A program made the translations under genes and the position numbers. This document shows, one piece after another, positions 40,299-53,326 of a stretch of DNA of 64,000 nt. Within the stretch, counting starts at the first letter, position 1; each line of letters opens with the position of its first letter. The DNA is from an uncultured Chthonomonadaceae bacterium. Its GTDB lineage: Bacteria; Armatimonadota; Chthonomonadetes; Chthonomonadales; Chthonomonadaceae. Where the stretch lies: the NCBI GenBank assembly GCA_963817895.1, contig CAWFQB010000014.1, positions 224,001-288,000 on the forward strand. The letters run 5' to 3'. Under the pieces are notes generated by a model that searched no databases, was not told the DNA's origin, and worked only from the letters and a program-made list of their open reading frames with translations.

Positions 40299-41610
40299 TT
40301 ACTTGCCTTTGCTCAATCCCGCTTCTACGGCCTGCCGCAGGTCTTCGCTTCGCGTGGGACTCTCCGCTTTAATCACTGACAATATTTTGCCCGTAGTTCC
40401 ATCTACCACGATGCCGAAAGGAATGGCGTGAACGTCAAATAAGTTGCGCGATCTCCGCCTTCCACCAACCGCCATCGTACACCTGCTGCCAGGGCATGCT
40501 GTGCTGCGACAGGAATTGAAACAGGCTCGTTTTTTTAAGATTGGCATGATCCAGACTGATGCCTAAAATCTCGAAGCCCTGTGAGTGGTACTGATTGTAA
40601 GTCGCCACCACATTGGGCATCTCCATCATACACGGCCCGCACCACGTTGCCCAGAAATCCAGCAGCACCACCTTGCCTTTATAATCATCCGGGAAAGCTG
40701 ACCGTCTTGCCATCCAGCGTTTCCACTTCAAAGTCCAGAATGTCCGCGCCCGCCTTCATGTCCGCAGCCGTCAGCGCATTGCCCGCGCTTTTGCCCGACT
40801 TCTTCAGCGTAATCGAGGTTCCCCGCGCATCAATGCTCATAACTTCGTAGGTTGCCCCTGCCATGCGGAACGGTTTTGCGGCATCGAACATCTCTTTGTC
40901 CTCAAATTTGCCGTTGCCATTGCGGTCAATCATCACAGTCACGCGCGCAGGATCGCCCTCTTCATGCTGAAACTCGTTGAACTTGCCGTTCACGCCCTGA
41001 TCCACCAGCGCCATTCGGTACGAGCGGCTGCCAATCGTTAACATTCCGGTTCGCGCGTATTCGCGATTGTACATGACATCCGGCCCGCTCACCGTAAATG
41101 CTAAAGAGCTCGGAACAGAACCGGCGCGTCCGGGTATGTCGTAGCGCGCGACGACTGGCAACTGCCGCCGACCATCCCTGCGCCGTATCCCCTGCCGTAC
41201 TCGTCACGCCTACCGTTTTCGCTCCGCTCACAGAAACAGGTTTTGCCACTGTCAGCATCACAGGCGGGTCATCCGTAAGATCGCCATTGCCGTTAGCGTC
41301 CACATACAAACTTGGGCGCGTGGTTTGGCCATCCGTATCCAGCACAACGATGATCTTGTTGTTTTTGGCGTTGCCCAGCGCTCACCGTTCCGTATTTCGG
41401 CGTAAACTTGTAACGGGGTTCTTTCACCAGTCCAGCGGGCTTGTCCGCGCTCAGGGTAAGTTTTTGCGCCATGATTGCGTGCGTTCCACCGGAAACAGCC
41501 GGTTCCAGATTTCCGACCGCTACAAGCTGAGACTTTGCCTGTGTCACAGACGCCAGCCCCAACCCGACAATCGCGCCTGAAACGGCAAGGAGAGATTTCG
41601 ACATCAGCAT
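40299..41610 (-). CDS. Secreted TlpA/thioredoxin-like protein with N-terminal beta domain (several frameshifts)
   Basis: Signal peptide after GGAGGA SD; LYVDANGNGDLTDD; YKGKVVLLDFWATWCGPC; pieces in five overlapping ORFs. Confidence 0.8.
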
Positions 41611-41743
41611 TGTCCTCCACCAAACATTCACATCAGAAGAGATTACAGGAATAGTGATTACGACCGAAGCGAAAGCAATGAATAAATCATCACTGCCCTG
41701 CCGCGTATTACGACATAATGGCATATTGTACACGAAAAATCTA

Positions 41744-43066
41744 CTATTGCGCTTGAATGAGCGCAGGTTTCTTTTCGTCAGGCAGCGTATCCGGCAGCAT
41801 CTGAGTCAGGGTTTGCTGCGCCTGGGCCAGTTGCGCATCCCGTTTCGAGTAGGGAAACAGTGACTGTACAATGACATCCGCTTCCACCCCTTTTTGTTCC
41901 AAACGTTCGCCATTGACCTTTAACCCCACCATCGGCAATTCCAGCAAACCCTCTTCGCCGATCTTTACAAATCCCGCGCCCAAAAACGCGCCGGCTGTTT
42001 TCGTGCCGACTATCTTCGCCCGATGGGACACTTTCAACTGATACGCCAGAAACTCCTTCGCGCTGCGCGTACCCTCATTAATCAGCGCCACCATCGGCTT
42101 AGAGTAGCCTGTATGCTGTACGCTTTTTCGGCCATTGGAATATTGCGTTTCCCAGGCGACATCAGGACGGCTGAAAACATCCATATACCCGAACGGATGC
42201 CCACCATAACCATCGCGTAAATCCAGTATCAAGCCATCCGTATCGTGCAGTTTGTTCAGCATCAGGTTGTCAAGCATGTCCTTGAATTCATCATTCGCCA
42301 TCGTCCATAGATGAACATACCCGATACGTTTGTTTCCGGCCTCTATGATGCGCGCGCTTGCTTTAGTAGCATCCAGGTACGCGCGCACAATGTTTTGCTT
42401 CACCGGCACGACGCTAACAGTTCGCGTTTTATCCTCGCCTTCCCGCTTGAACTCCACCTGAACCGACGTACCCTCTTTGCCGCGAAACGAACCTGCGGAA
42501 GCGAAGGGTTTACCGTCCGCTCGCAGCAAGCGATCCCCCGCCTGCAAGCCCGCTTTATCCGCCGGCCCGCCATCTATAACCGCATGGACAGCGTACTCTT
42601 TCCCTTCACGCTCACCCATCACGCCGATATGCGCCACCTGATAATGCTGCATATCCTGCTCGCTCACCGCGTTCATCATGTAATACTCGGCATCACTGCT
42701 CGTAACATACGCCGTATGAGAAGCATGAAGTTCGCCAAGCATCCGGTTCATCAGAGCCGCAAATTCTGTCCTGTTACTCACGGCTTTAACCTGACGATGA
42801 TACTCCGCAGTAACTTTGTTCCAATCAACGCCATTCAGATGTAAATCATAGAATTGTCCTTGAACAGCCGTTTTGATTTTCCGAAAATCATTATCGAATG
42901 GCGACACCGTCGCGTCATTGTTGCCATTATCTACCGTAACCTGCTGAAATCGCGTTTTCCGTATTCCATTTACTTGCGCATCCGTTCTGACAATGATCCC
43001 AGACAACGCGAAAGCGAGTACTATAACTTCCCTTCGTAAAGCAAACCAATTCCATATAGTTTTCAT
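41744..43066 (-). CDS. S41 family peptidase with PDZ domain
   Basis: GELHASHT, GPADKAGLQAGD, LILDLRDGYGG, TRSAKE and LEQKGVEAD. Confidence 0.92.
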   Translation of the reverse strand: MKTIWNWFALRREVIVLAFALSGIIVRTDAQVNGIRKTRFQQVTVDNGNNDATVSPFDNDFRKIKTAVQGQFYDLHLNGVDWNKVTAEYHRQVKAVSNRTEFAALMNRMLGELHASHTAYVTSSDAEYYMMNAVSEQDMQHYQVAHIGVMGEREGKEYAVHAVIDGGPADKAGLQAGDRLLRADGKPFASAGSFRGKEGTSVQVEFKREGEDKTRTVSVVPVKQNIVRAYLDATKASARIIEAGNKRIGYVHLWTMANDEFKDMLDNLMLNKLHDTDGLILDLRDGYGGHPFGYMDVFSRPDVAWETQYSNGRKSVQHTGYSKPMVALINEGTRSAKEFLAYQLKVSHRAKIVGTKTAGAFLGAGFVKIGEEGLLELPMVGLKVNGERLEQKGVEADVIVQSLFPYSKRDAQLAQAQQTLTQMLPDTLPDEKKPALIQAQ

Positions 43067-43211
43067 AATCTTCGACTTACTCCTTATTCACATTAAACAA
43101 GTGGAATGACTACATACCATCGCTTTAGACTCCTCCAATTCTGCTTCGTTATAACTATTTCCTCTACCTCCAAGATGATTGATAGCCAATTAAGTCAACA
43201 GGACCCAAACA

Positions 43212-43255
43212 AAACAAAGGCTCATACCGCATCGGTGCGATATAAGCCTTTGTTT
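43212..43255 (-). terminator. Terminator downstream of 5S rRNA
   Basis: AAACAAAGGCT...AGCCTTTGTTT inverted repeat followed by T-rich sequence on the minus strand. Confidence 0.65.
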
Positions 43256-43262
43256 ACAATTA

Positions 43263-43380
43263 TTCTGGCGGCGACCTATCTTCCCAGAAGGTTTCCCCCC
43301 AAGTATTGTCGGCGCAGCCGGCTTTCACGACCGTGTTCGGGATGGGAACGGGTGGGACGCCGACGCTATGACCACCAGAA
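43263..43380 (-). rRNA. rrf: 5S ribosomal RNA
   Basis: Minus strand TTCTGGTGGTCATAGCG...CCCGTTCCCATCCCGAACACGGTCGTGAA...GGTCGCCGCCAGAA with paired ends, ~118 nt. Confidence 0.97.
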
Positions 43381-43861
43381 ACCGGCGCACACTCCCACAA
43401 GTCGGGAGAGTGCCAAGTCTGGATGCAAACTGCGCATTTGAGAACACGCCTCAACAGGGGCAATATTCAACCATGCGAAAAGGGTTCTACAACGGAACGT
43501 TCTTCCAAGCCGCGCCGTGAAGCGGGACTTGGAAGAACCGAAGTGTGTGCAAGATGCGGGTTGTTCAAATAAGGGACGTTGGTTCCTTAGCTGAACGTTG
43601 TTTGTGTTGTACTGTGTTCGTGCAGGATTGCTCCTGCGCGTTGTCTGTACGTTCTGTGTTGCGCTCGCTTGTAAGCTCGTTTCGTCCGCGCTGTCTGCGC
43701 CTGCGGCTCTGCTGCTGTTTGCGTCGTCTTCCCACCTTGCCCGCCCTTGCTTTCGCTTGGTTCGGAAAAGGCGCTTGTCTCCACTGCTTACGCTTGTGGG
43801 AAAGCCGGGAGGACGGCACAGCGGCAAACCGGCCACAACCGCGTCTCTTGCGAACAGAAGA

Positions 43862-46845
<2,984 letters not shown>

Positions 46846-47284
46846 CTCTTCCACTCACAACAAACGCGCTTGCAACCAACTCCGCCGCCGCGCCGCCCAC
46901 CCCGCTTCCCCCAACATAGCACAGCGCAAGCCGCTTCCACTAAAGAACCTTCAAGAAAGTCCTTCAACACAAGCAACCCAATGCCACACCCGAAGGAGAG
47001 AACCAAGAGGAACTGCGCAGCGCGTCCGCTGCCGCAAACACGCGCTACACCTACAAACTCGCGCTTAAACACCTTAGACAACACTCGAACACTTCCAACC
47101 TCAATACAACATTCATCTATCTTCACTCACACTGCTAAACGCTCCGACACCACAACAACCGCTCCAACACTCCTCCTGCACAAAGCAGAAGAAACGCCGA
47201 AACGAAGGCTGCCATGCCCTGAAATCGTAGCACAGCGCAAGATGCTCATTACCCCTGCATCTCTCTACACACTTCACTATTCCG

Positions 47285-47297
47285 TTGTAAAAGAGCA
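47285..47297 (-). promoter_or_regulatory. rRNA antitermination boxA
   Basis: TGCTCTTTTACAA versus consensus TGCTCTTTAACA. Confidence 0.75.
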
Positions 47298-47349
47298 ACA
47301 GACAGCATCAATCACTCAACGCTTGTCTGTATATCACGATGTCCTGAGT

Positions 47350-47378
47350 AGTATACACCATGAACTTCTTATTGTCAA
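47350..47378 (-). promoter_or_regulatory. rRNA promoter P2
   Basis: TTGACA-17 bp-TATACT. Confidence 0.85.
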
Positions 47379-47469
47379 GGCATCTGCGAAACTCTCATTT
47401 CGCGGCTTTTATCAGCCTCGTTGACTGATTTTGTCAATCAACTTTCGGCTTATCATTCAGAAGTGTAGT

Positions 47470-47499
47470 AGTATACGCCAGCACCCTCCCATCTGTCAA
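47470..47499 (-). promoter_or_regulatory. rRNA promoter P1
   Basis: TTGACA-18 bp-TATACT, 120 bp upstream of P2. Confidence 0.8.
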
Positions 47500-47623
47500 G
47501 GGCATTTTGCAAAAAAGTGTTCCGGCCTGCAACTTTACTGCCGAACATGTTGTCCGAGCGTTGAAAATCATCGTTCGCCTACACGCGCCGGATTTCAACC
47601 CGGCGCGCGAAGGTATTGGCGGC

Positions 47624-48670
47624 TTAAAGTTCCAGTTCGGCCAGAGAAGCGGCGGTCAAGATGCGCCGCGTAATGGCAGAAAGGCGGTTCGCCGGCAGCG
47701 CATTTACGCTTGCCACCGTTGCCTCCGAGAGCGGGCCGAACCGAACTTCGAGTTGCTCCAAAATTATTTCTAATCTTCCTTCCTGTTTTCCCTCCTGCCT
47801 GCCTTCCTTGCGTCCTTCCCGTTTCCCCTGATTGATCAGTGCCTGCGCTCCTGTCATCTTGACCTCCTTATACTCGTCTCGCTTATGCAAGACCGCTTCC
47901 TCCATCACGTCTTTCAACTCTTCCTGCTCGTCGGCGTCGCGCTTGTTGAGAACAAGCAGGTAGAGGAAGCGCATCGCCCAACTCCATTCCGCCTTCGCGC
48001 TCTGCGGCAGCGCATCCAGCAGCGAGACAACCTCGTGCAGCGCCTGCTCCAAAACTTCTTTCGGTTCGTCCGCCGCCTGCAACGCCCGCAACGCGAAGGC
48101 GACAGCGGAACCCGCCTGCATCAGCGTGTCCGGGGGCGTTTCGTGCAGGCGCAGCAGCAGTGTCTCAAAGGCGGGCGTAAACGGTTTGAGCAACGTCGGC
48201 ACGTCCATCAGCGCCGCAAGGCTGAGTGGCGTCTTCCATTTACGCTTGCCCGTGTAGAAGACAAGGGGCAGAATGGGAAACAGCTTCCATTTCGCGTAGG
48301 GCGTGTGGTTGTCCTTCCAGCCCCGCTGCTGCGCCTGCCATATCTCGACCATGTACCCCAACAGCCGCAGTCCCATTGTCTTGTCCGGCTTGGACTGATG
48401 CTCCAACAGCACATAAATCCATACTTCGCCTGTGCCGACGCGAAACGGAACCCGGTACAGCAGGTCGGCCTCTTGTTTGTGCAGGTCGTCGGGAATGAAC
48501 GAGCGGTTCTCCCGTTGCGCGCGGCTAAAGTCCAGATGATCGGCAAGATCAGCGGCCATGAGGCGCACGAGAGCATGCAGGTTCTCCGGCAACTCGAGCA
48601 GCCACAGGGTTCCCCGGTCAGCGAACTCCCGAATAGGCGGTTCCATGCCATCAACATTACTATCAGACAC
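47624..48670 (-). CDS. Rpn family recombination-promoting nuclease/putative transposase (PD-(D/E)XK) with DUF4351-like C-terminus
   Basis: SFIPDDL...EADLLYRV, IYVLLEHQS, LRLLGYM, PLVFYTG...W, GKREGRKEGRQEG repeats, RFG. Confidence 0.92.
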   Translation of the reverse strand: MSDSNVDGMEPPIREFADRGTLWLLELPENLHALVRLMAADLADHLDFSRAQRENRSFIPDDLHKQEADLLYRVPFRVGTGEVWIYVLLEHQSKPDKTMGLRLLGYMVEIWQAQQRGWKDNHTPYAKWKLFPILPLVFYTGKRKWKTPLSLAALMDVPTLLKPFTPAFETLLLRLHETPPDTLMQAGSAVAFALRALQAADEPKEVLEQALHEVVSLLDALPQSAKAEWSWAMRFLYLLVLNKRDADEQEELKDVMEEAVLHKRDEYKEVKMTGAQALINQGKREGRKEGRQEGKQEGRLEIILEQLEVRFGPLSEATVASVNALPANRLSAITRRILTAASLAELEL

Positions 48671-48819
48671 AGCAGCCTCCTTTGCGTTGAGCTATTTTGC
48701 TTGCAGCCAGTACCTACATTATGCCATACGCTTCAATCAAAAGTAACTCATCCTGTACAGGCCGCAGAGCGGGCAATGTAAATGTTTACCGCATCACCAC
48801 GCTATTCACAGCATCGGAT

Positions 48820-49396
48820 TCAGGCGGCGAAAATGGCTTCGACGGTAACCGTCAAATCGCGAAAAGTGAGCGATTTGACGGTTTCACCCCTGCCATAAAC
48901 GTGAACCGAGGCTGCGCCGCTTCGAGACAGCCGCAATACCTCCACTGTTTGGGTATCCCCCTCAACTTTCCAGCACTCCCGAACATCCACTTTACAATAA
49001 TCGTCAATCTTCGCGTTGAACCGGCTTGCCGTTTCACTGTCGGAGATGATTTCCACGACAAGTTCCGGCGCAGCAATCAGCGGGGCGGGATCATTAGCGG
49101 CAGGATTGAGGGCGTGGCGTTCGTTGCTGATGAAAAATACGTCCGGCTGACGTGTCCGTAAGGGAACACGGGTAATCAGAACATCACGCGGACTCACTCT
49201 CATTTTGCCTGCCCCCGAGCGCGTTCCATATTCCCGAAACCCCAACCCCACCTTGAAGGCAATATCTTGATGGTTGTCGGTGACGCCGGACATGTATTTT
49301 TTCACTCCATCCAGAATGTCATAACGCCGGTTGTCGGTCTCTTTCGCCATGTACGCTTCATACGTCAACCGTTTGGGCGGCGCGGCAGGGCTACAT
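48820..49396 (-). CDS. Uma2 family endonuclease (DUF820); start near 49396 is out of frame by one base
   Basis: RYDILDG, HQ, RQPDVFFIS, PELVVEIIS, K..DY. Confidence 0.88.
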
Positions 49397-49400
49397 TTTC

Positions 49401-50507
49401 CTACTCGCCCCAACCAATGCTTTTCAGCCACGCCGGCCACTTCCGATTACGTGTCACGCTGCGGCAATTGGCGACCATCTGCCGCGCCGGGGTTTTAGGT
49501 GTGGCGGCGATTTCCAGAAGTTCCGCGATCTCCTGATCGGTCAGCGCGGCCTCTTCTTCCGTTTTGGGAAGCCGCTGCCAGATCGTCACGCGGAAAACCT
49601 GAAAACGTTCGGCAACATGGGGCGAGTATCCAAGCGCATCCGCCAGCGCCGTCATCGGGATTTGCAGCCAGACAACCAGAATGTCTCGCGTCAACACCAT
49701 CGTCGTCGCTCCCCGTTCACAGCGCGTCAAATCCGCATTGCACAGGAACACGCCGAATTGCCTTAGATACTCTCTCGTAAACGGGTCCGCGAACAGTTCT
49801 CTGGAGAAGGCCGCAACGGTTTCCTGTCCACGCTCACCGTCCAGTGATTCAAACCGCATATCAGCCACATTGAGCATTTGCGCCAGATGCAGAACCAGTT
49901 CACTCACCGGCAACGGCATGGCAATCCACGCGAACAGATGCGCCATCAGCACAGGCAACCGCGCGAAATCCTCTCCTGCAAACTCCTGTGCCGCCCGGTT
50001 CCCCAAACGATGCCGCAGAAACGCCTCGTATTTCCCCGCCTGAAAATCATCCATTCGCGCCGATGTTTGCGCCTCTTGCCCAACCCACGACGCCAGCCCA
50101 CACCACTTCTCGCCCCGCTGTTCCCAAAACGCGAATATCTCTTTGGCGTTCAGCGCATCCCACACCGCATAAAGCAGTTTCCGTTTATTAGGTTGCCGTT
50201 TGAAATTTCTATTGAGATACTCTGCCAACACGCTAAAGGCCACTCTTTTCGCGTAAGCCTGCATATTGCCGATTGCGCCCTCTGCCGAACGCGGTTTACA
50301 AAGCGCCTGCCACATTCGCAAACTCGTATCCTGTAACAAATCCTCTAAATCATCGTCCTTAACCCCTTTGCCCCGCAGAAATCCCCGAACTTTGGGAAGC
50401 AGTTCTTTCGACCACAGGGTTTCAAAACGCCTCTGCGCCTCCGTTTCCTCCTTCACGCCCAGTGCAAATTTCCAAAGCGGCGTATCATCATTTTGTTCAT
50501 TATTCAC
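49401..50507 (-). CDS. Atypical long sigma70/ECF-like factor, paralog of 25439-26487
   Basis: DLEDLLQDTSLRMW region 2; LPVLMAHLFAWIAMP matches LPALMAHLFRWLGTP; LTDQEIAELLEI HTH; GTG at 50507 with GAGAGG SD. Confidence 0.75.
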   Translation of the reverse strand: MNNEQNDDTPLWKFALGVKEETEAQRRFETLWSKELLPKVRGFLRGKGVKDDDLEDLLQDTSLRMWQALCKPRSAEGAIGNMQAYAKRVAFSVLAEYLNRNFKRQPNKRKLLYAVWDALNAKEIFAFWEQRGEKWCGLASWVGQEAQTSARMDDFQAGKYEAFLRHRLGNRAAQEFAGEDFARLPVLMAHLFAWIAMPLPVSELVLHLAQMLNVADMRFESLDGERGQETVAAFSRELFADPFTREYLRQFGVFLCNADLTRCERGATTMVLTRDILVVWLQIPMTALADALGYSPHVAERFQVFRVTIWQRLPKTEEEAALTDQEIAELLEIAATPKTPARQMVANCRSVTRNRKWPAWLKSIGWGE

Positions 50508-50663
50508 TACAAAGGAACCTCTCACAAGCGTATTGAAAATCTTATTTGAACTGTACTGCTCATAAAGCAAGTTCAATATCGCGCTTCAATTTTCCTTTGT
50601 CGGCAGGAATTCACCCCTCCATTGGCGAAGTTGAGTGCGTCTAATCTATTTTCGCTATGAGCT

Positions 50664-50772
50664 TATCTCAACCAGTTCCCCTTCCCCCAGATTGCGTATT
50701 TCTGCTTCGCTTTGGAAATACGCTTTTGTAGGAGAAGGGCTATGTCCACAAGTGGACGCCCGGGTTGAGGGC
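50664..50772. repeat. REP-like element, long composite form
   Basis: Nearly the same as 21739-21842. Confidence 0.85.
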
Positions 50773-50801
50773 TACCCAGCATAAGCTCTATGGAGGTTCC
50801 A

Positions 50802-51182
50802 ATGAATAAGCAAGCCGTTACCACTGCCGCCCCCGCCACCGGCGCACCCTACTCCCTCGGCATCATCACCGGCAATCTGGTCTTTGTATCCGGGCAGGTT
50901 CCCATGAACGTAGAAACGAAAGAAGTTCTGCGAGACGACTTTGAAGGCGAAGTTCGCCTGTGCATCGCTAACGTCGAACGCATCCTCAAAGCGGCGGGAA
51001 CCGATCTCGAACACTGCGTCAAAGTCGTTGTCTTCCTAGCCGACATGAACAACTTCGCCCGTCTCAACGCCGTCTACTCCCAATACTTCGGCGACATCAA
51101 ACCCGCCCGTAGCTGTGTTCAGGTCGCCCGCTTACCCCTCGACGTAGACGTAGAAATCGAAGCCATCGCCATACTGCCTTAG
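50802..51182 (+). CDS. ridA: RidA/YjgF family enamine deaminase
   Basis: APYS, VFVSGQVP, FARLNAVY, PARSCVQVARLP..VEIEAIA; GGAGG SD before ATG 50802. Confidence 0.93.
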   Translation: MNKQAVTTAAPATGAPYSLGIITGNLVFVSGQVPMNVETKEVLRDDFEGEVRLCIANVERILKAAGTDLEHCVKVVVFLADMNNFARLNAVYSQYFGDIKPARSCVQVARLPLDVDVEIEAIAILP

Positions 51183-51210
51183 TGCCTATTCCAATAGGGA
51201 AAAGCGCTTA

Positions 51211-51284
51211 CGTCCGAAGGACGTTTAGCCGTAGGCTACGCAGACGGGTACGTTCTCTGTACCCGGCCTATTGGGATAGGTTCT
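51211..51284. repeat. Three-hairpin repeat element, copy 2
   Basis: CGTCC-GAA-GGACG, TAGCC-GTA-GGCTA, CGGGTAC...GTACCCG. Confidence 0.75.
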
Positions 51285-51318
51285 TAACCAGCCGAATACC
51301 AGAATCACCAAACAAAAA

Positions 51319-51353
51319 GCCCCTCTCCTGTCAGGAGAGGGGTTGGGGTGAGG
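51319..51353. repeat. REP-like element, same family as 28229
   Basis: GCCCCTCTCCTGTCAGGAGAGGGGTTGGGGTGAGG. Confidence 0.85.
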
Positions 51354-51358
51354 TCAAA

Positions 51359-52195
51359 CTACAGCAATGCCAACTGAACCACTTGCTTTCCCGGTGTCCA
51401 CGTCAAACTAACCTGATCCCGCAAAGCAACTTCTAAAGAAAACGGAACGCTCGTTCGCTGCATAATGCGCTGCTGCACGGTTCGGCGGGCCAATGCGGGA
51501 GAATTGTTCATGCGGGACAAGTGCGCCAGCCAGATACTGCACGAACCCTCCTGCTCCAACCGCTCCGCCATCAAATCCCCGCAATCTATATTCGACAGAT
51601 GCCCCGTATCCGAAGCAACCCGCTCCTTCATGTGCGGCGGATATGATCCGCGACGCAGCCACTCTAAATCATGGTTGGCTTCCACAATCGCTAAATCCGC
51701 CTCGCGCAACGCTTCTCGTATCGTCGGCGTCACGCAGCCCGTATCCGTAAAATAAACAATCCGCGTATTCCCCGCTTCCAGAACATAACCAACCGGGTCC
51801 GCCGCATCATGGCTCACGGAAAAGGAACGGATGCCGATACAGCCAATCGCCATTGTGCCACCAGTAACCAGTTCGCGCCCCATAAATGGCAGCGCATCCC
51901 GTTCAGTATAAGCCTGAAAAGTCGCCGCATTCGCGACCAATGGCGTTTTATTCCGCCGCGCCAACCCTCCCGCCCCGCAGCTATGATCGGTATGCTCATG
52001 GGTCAGAAGAATCCCATGCAGTTCAGACGCCCCAACGCCACGATTCAGCAGCGCGTTGGCAAGCGTCCGCACCGGCAAACCGGCGTCAATGAGTAAATTC
52101 GTGTCCCCCGCCCGCACCAGCATCGCATTGCCGCTGCTGCCACTCGCAAGCGAATGTACCTCAACCGAAGAAATAGATCGAAATGATTTCACCAT
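51359..52195 (-). CDS. MBL-fold metallo-hydrolase (YycJ/WalJ-like)
   Basis: LASGSSGN, THEHTDH, SHDA, TDTG, EANHD, GHLSN and AHLS. Confidence 0.92.
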   Translation of the reverse strand: MVKSFRSISSVEVHSLASGSSGNAMLVRAGDTNLLIDAGLPVRTLANALLNRGVGASELHGILLTHEHTDHSCGAGGLARRNKTPLVANAATFQAYTERDALPFMGRELVTGGTMAIGCIGIRSFSVSHDAADPVGYVLEAGNTRIVYFTDTGCVTPTIREALREADLAIVEANHDLEWLRRGSYPPHMKERVASDTGHLSNIDCGDLMAERLEQEGSCSIWLAHLSRMNNSPALARRTVQQRIMQRTSVPFSLEVALRDQVSLTWTPGKQVVQLALL

Positions 52196-52219
52196 AGTAA
52201 ATTACTCTTACACAAATGC

Positions 52220-52268
52220 TCCCCTCTCCTGGCGCGTTGCGCGGCAAGGAGAGGGGCCGGGGGTGAGG
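52220..52268. repeat. REP-like element, same family as 28229
   Basis: CCCCTCTCCT...AGGAGAGGGGCCGGGGGTGAGG. Confidence 0.8.
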
Positions 52269-53174
52269 TTACTCCAACAAACTATCTACAAATTTACCCG
52301 GATCGAACACATCCAGATCGTCCAGCTTTTCGCCCGTTCCCACCAGTTTGATCGGCAGTTTCAACTCATCCGCAATCGTGATGACGATGCCGCCCCGTGC
52401 TGTGCCGTCCAATTTCGCGAGCGCAATACCCGTGAGTGGAACCGTATTCAAGAACTGCTTGGCCTGACTGATACCGTTTTGCCCGGTTGTCGCGTCCAGC
52501 ACCAGCAACACCTCATCCGCAGGCCGGCCCAATTCTCGCTCCGTAATGCGGTTGATCTTTTTCAACTCTTCCATCAAGTGAGTGCGATTGTGCAGACGCC
52601 CCGCCGTATCCGCAATCACGTAATCCGCGCCCCGCGCCCGCGCCGCTTTAATCGCATCGAAAATCACGGCGGAAGGGTCGGCTCCCTCCTTATGTCTTAC
52701 CATTTCCGAGTGATTACGAGTCGCCCATATCTCCAACTGGTCAATCGCCGCCGCCCGAAAAGTATCCCCAGCTGCGAGTATCACCTTTTTGTGATGCCTT
52801 TGCAGTCTATGAGTCAGCTTACCGATAGTCGTTGTTTTCCCGACTCCGTTCACACCCACAATAAGGTACAGCGTTGGCGATGTTTCCGCCACTTTCAGAC
52901 GGTTGCCCTCCGGCCCTTTTCCCGCCTGCAACACCGTCACTAGATGCGCCTTCATCCGCGCCGTAACCTGCCCGATGGTCTGCATCCGCTCGTCCTGAAC
53001 CGCAGTCCGCAAGTCTTCCAGAATCATCTGCGTCGTTTTAACATTCACGTCGGCCTGAATGAGAAGTATCTCCAACTCTTCAAACAGGTCTTCGTCAATC
53101 TTCCCGCGCCCGGTCACAATCTGGTCAATTTTTTGCGCAATCTTCTTAAACGGATTGCCGAATCCAAACTGCAT
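52269..53174 (-). CDS. ftsY: Signal recognition particle receptor FtsY (NG domain only)
   Basis: GVNGVGKTTT, DTFRAAA, DTAGRL, DATTGQN, KLDGTARGG and GTGEKLDDL. Confidence 0.97.
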   Translation of the reverse strand: MQFGFGNPFKKIAQKIDQIVTGRGKIDEDLFEELEILLIQADVNVKTTQMILEDLRTAVQDERMQTIGQVTARMKAHLVTVLQAGKGPEGNRLKVAETSPTLYLIVGVNGVGKTTTIGKLTHRLQRHHKKVILAAGDTFRAAAIDQLEIWATRNHSEMVRHKEGADPSAVIFDAIKAARARGADYVIADTAGRLHNRTHLMEELKKINRITERELGRPADEVLLVLDATTGQNGISQAKQFLNTVPLTGIALAKLDGTARGGIVITIADELKLPIKLVGTGEKLDDLDVFDPGKFVDSLLE

Positions 53175-53277
53175 AACTCACGCCCTTCCCTCTACCTGCT
53201 TTTCAGCAGATGATACAGTCCTATACTTGATCAAACTCCATGAACTCCGTTCGCCTGAGAGCATGAATATGAGCGCC

Positions 53278-53326
53278 TCCCCTTCTTTCAAGCTTTTTTT
53301 GGGAGAAGGGGCCGGGGGTTGAGGGC
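53278..53326. repeat. REP-like element, same family as 28229
   Basis: CCCCTTCTTTCAAGCTTTTTTTGGGAGAAGGGGCCGGGGGTTGAGGGC. Confidence 0.8.

Noticed and set aside
43381..43861. tRNA genes in the rRNA spacer or leader
   Set aside because: No T-arm consensus or cloverleaf was recognisable by eye on either strand.
49397..49440. Apparent N-terminal extension of Uma2 overlapping the sigma-like gene
   Set aside because: An ATG just after the sigma stop (~49396) is off by one base, so the extension is probably an indel artefact.
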